Positions 63,489 to 64,000 of a DNA stretch of 64,000 nt are shown one piece after another; the stretch's first letter is position 1, and the number at the start of each line of letters is the position of its first letter. The stretch is from a virus. Taxonomy: Duplodnaviria > Heunggongvirae > Uroviricota > Caudoviricetes. Location of the stretch: the IMG/VR virus record IMGVR_UViG_3300021440_000016. One strand, 5' to 3'. The translations under genes were made by a program, and so were the position numbers. The notes below the pieces were generated by a model. That model had not been told where the DNA came from, ran no database searches, and saw only the letters and a list, made by a program, of their open reading frames with translations.

Positions 63489-64000
63489 TTATCTCTTGAT
63501 TAGCTTTTTAAGCATTGGAAGGGCTTCTTCAGGAGGAATAATTTGACTAGCCGCCATAGGTGCAGTGCTTTCAAGGGCCTCTTCACTTGCTTGTCTGCTA
63601 CCAGCACCTAACCCGAGAAGCTCTAAAGACTTTTGCATCTCGTAGTTACCGGGATAATCAGCATGGTGATTTCTTGTTATGTGTTCTAGGTAACCCATAG
63701 GGTTTTCTTTAAGTGTTTGTCGTAGAAAAGGAGCATATTCTCTATGAATAACACCTAAAACTTCTTTGCCTTGGTCACCGGGTAGATTCCTTGCAAAAGA
63801 CACAAGCTTTCGTAAAGAAGTCATATCTTTTACTTTTAGGTGTTCGGGAAGATTTAAAGAAAAATTAAGAGTATCAAAGTAACGTTGAGCTGCCTCAGGG
63901 TCTATGCGTTTAATATTGATATCTGTTAAGCTGCCTTTAAAATTGTAAGGTTTTCCGACCAGCCCGTCGTTTTTTAGCGCTTCTGCAATATGTTGATACT
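63489..64000 (-). CDS. partial CDS, 5' end beyond window (portal or head morphogenesis candidate)
   Basis: Reading frame stays open from 63824 to the window edge, so the track ORF 63489..63824 is only the C-terminal part. Confidence 0.4.
   Translation of the reverse strand, partial: YQHIAEALKNDGLVGKPYNFKGSLTDINIKRIDPEAAQRYFDTLNFSLNLPEHLKVKDMTSLRKLVSFARNLPGDQGKEVLGVIHREYAPFLRQTLKENPMGYLEHITRNHHADYPGNYEMQKSLELLGLGAGSRQASEEALESTAPMAASQIIPPEEALPMLKKLIKR

Noticed and set aside
1-64000. CRISPR arrays, tRNA genes, integrase or transposase genes
   Set aside because: No regularly spaced direct repeats, no cloverleaf-like segments noticed in intergenic regions, and no tyrosine/serine recombinase or DDE motifs in any ORF. 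Their absence is consistent with a lytic-type phage segment, but a tRNA scan was not run.

Overview
The window reads as one contiguous tailed-phage genome segment (GC about 42%) with two convergent transcription blocks. Roughly 1-38.8 kb is an early/DNA-metabolism module on the + strand. Roughly 38.8-64 kb is a late virion module on the - strand, and its last ORF runs off the window edge.

The early block carries a recognisable replication and nucleotide-metabolism set:
- family-A DNA polymerase with 3'-5' exonuclease;
- an AEP-like primase fused to an SF4 helicase;
- ERF annealing protein and a Cas4-like Fe-S nuclease;
- class-II-type ribonucleotide reductase, ThyX, dCMP deaminase, dUTPase and a MazG-like domain;
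- T4 endoV-like pyrimidine dimer glycosylase;
- GIY-YIG and two HNH nucleases;
- an IMPDH/GMP-reductase-family enzyme, two AAA ATPases and a VWA/metallopeptidase-like partner.

It also carries envelope-related accessory genes: an SLT lytic transglycosylase, an SPFH/band-7 lipoprotein, a PagL-like lipid A deacylase, a membrane-anchored subtilase, a lipoprotein and a membrane-anchored ClpP/SppA-fold protease.

The late block encodes a scaffold-like protein, a putative major capsid protein and two repeat-sharing tail fibres. It also has a 1550-aa virion protein and several low-complexity (Q/A/G-rich) internal or ejection-like proteins.

Four signals are not explained by standard annotation:
1. 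A strictly conserved TAACAACTATA motif sits on the coding strand upstream of five late operons and one HNH gene. No single-subunit RNA polymerase is visible in the window.
2. At least 15 small paralogous ORFs share an F-x-[DEN]-L-x-I-[IL] core and are dispersed through the early region.
3. Two GC-rich islands carry a duplicated small-gene cassette joined at an identical GGAGGTTCCGATGAGT coupling junction.
4. A roughly 435-nt GC-rich structured noncoding region lies upstream of the glycosylase gene.

No tRNA, CRISPR array or reverse transcriptase was recognised. All functional calls come from motifs read by eye, not from database searches.
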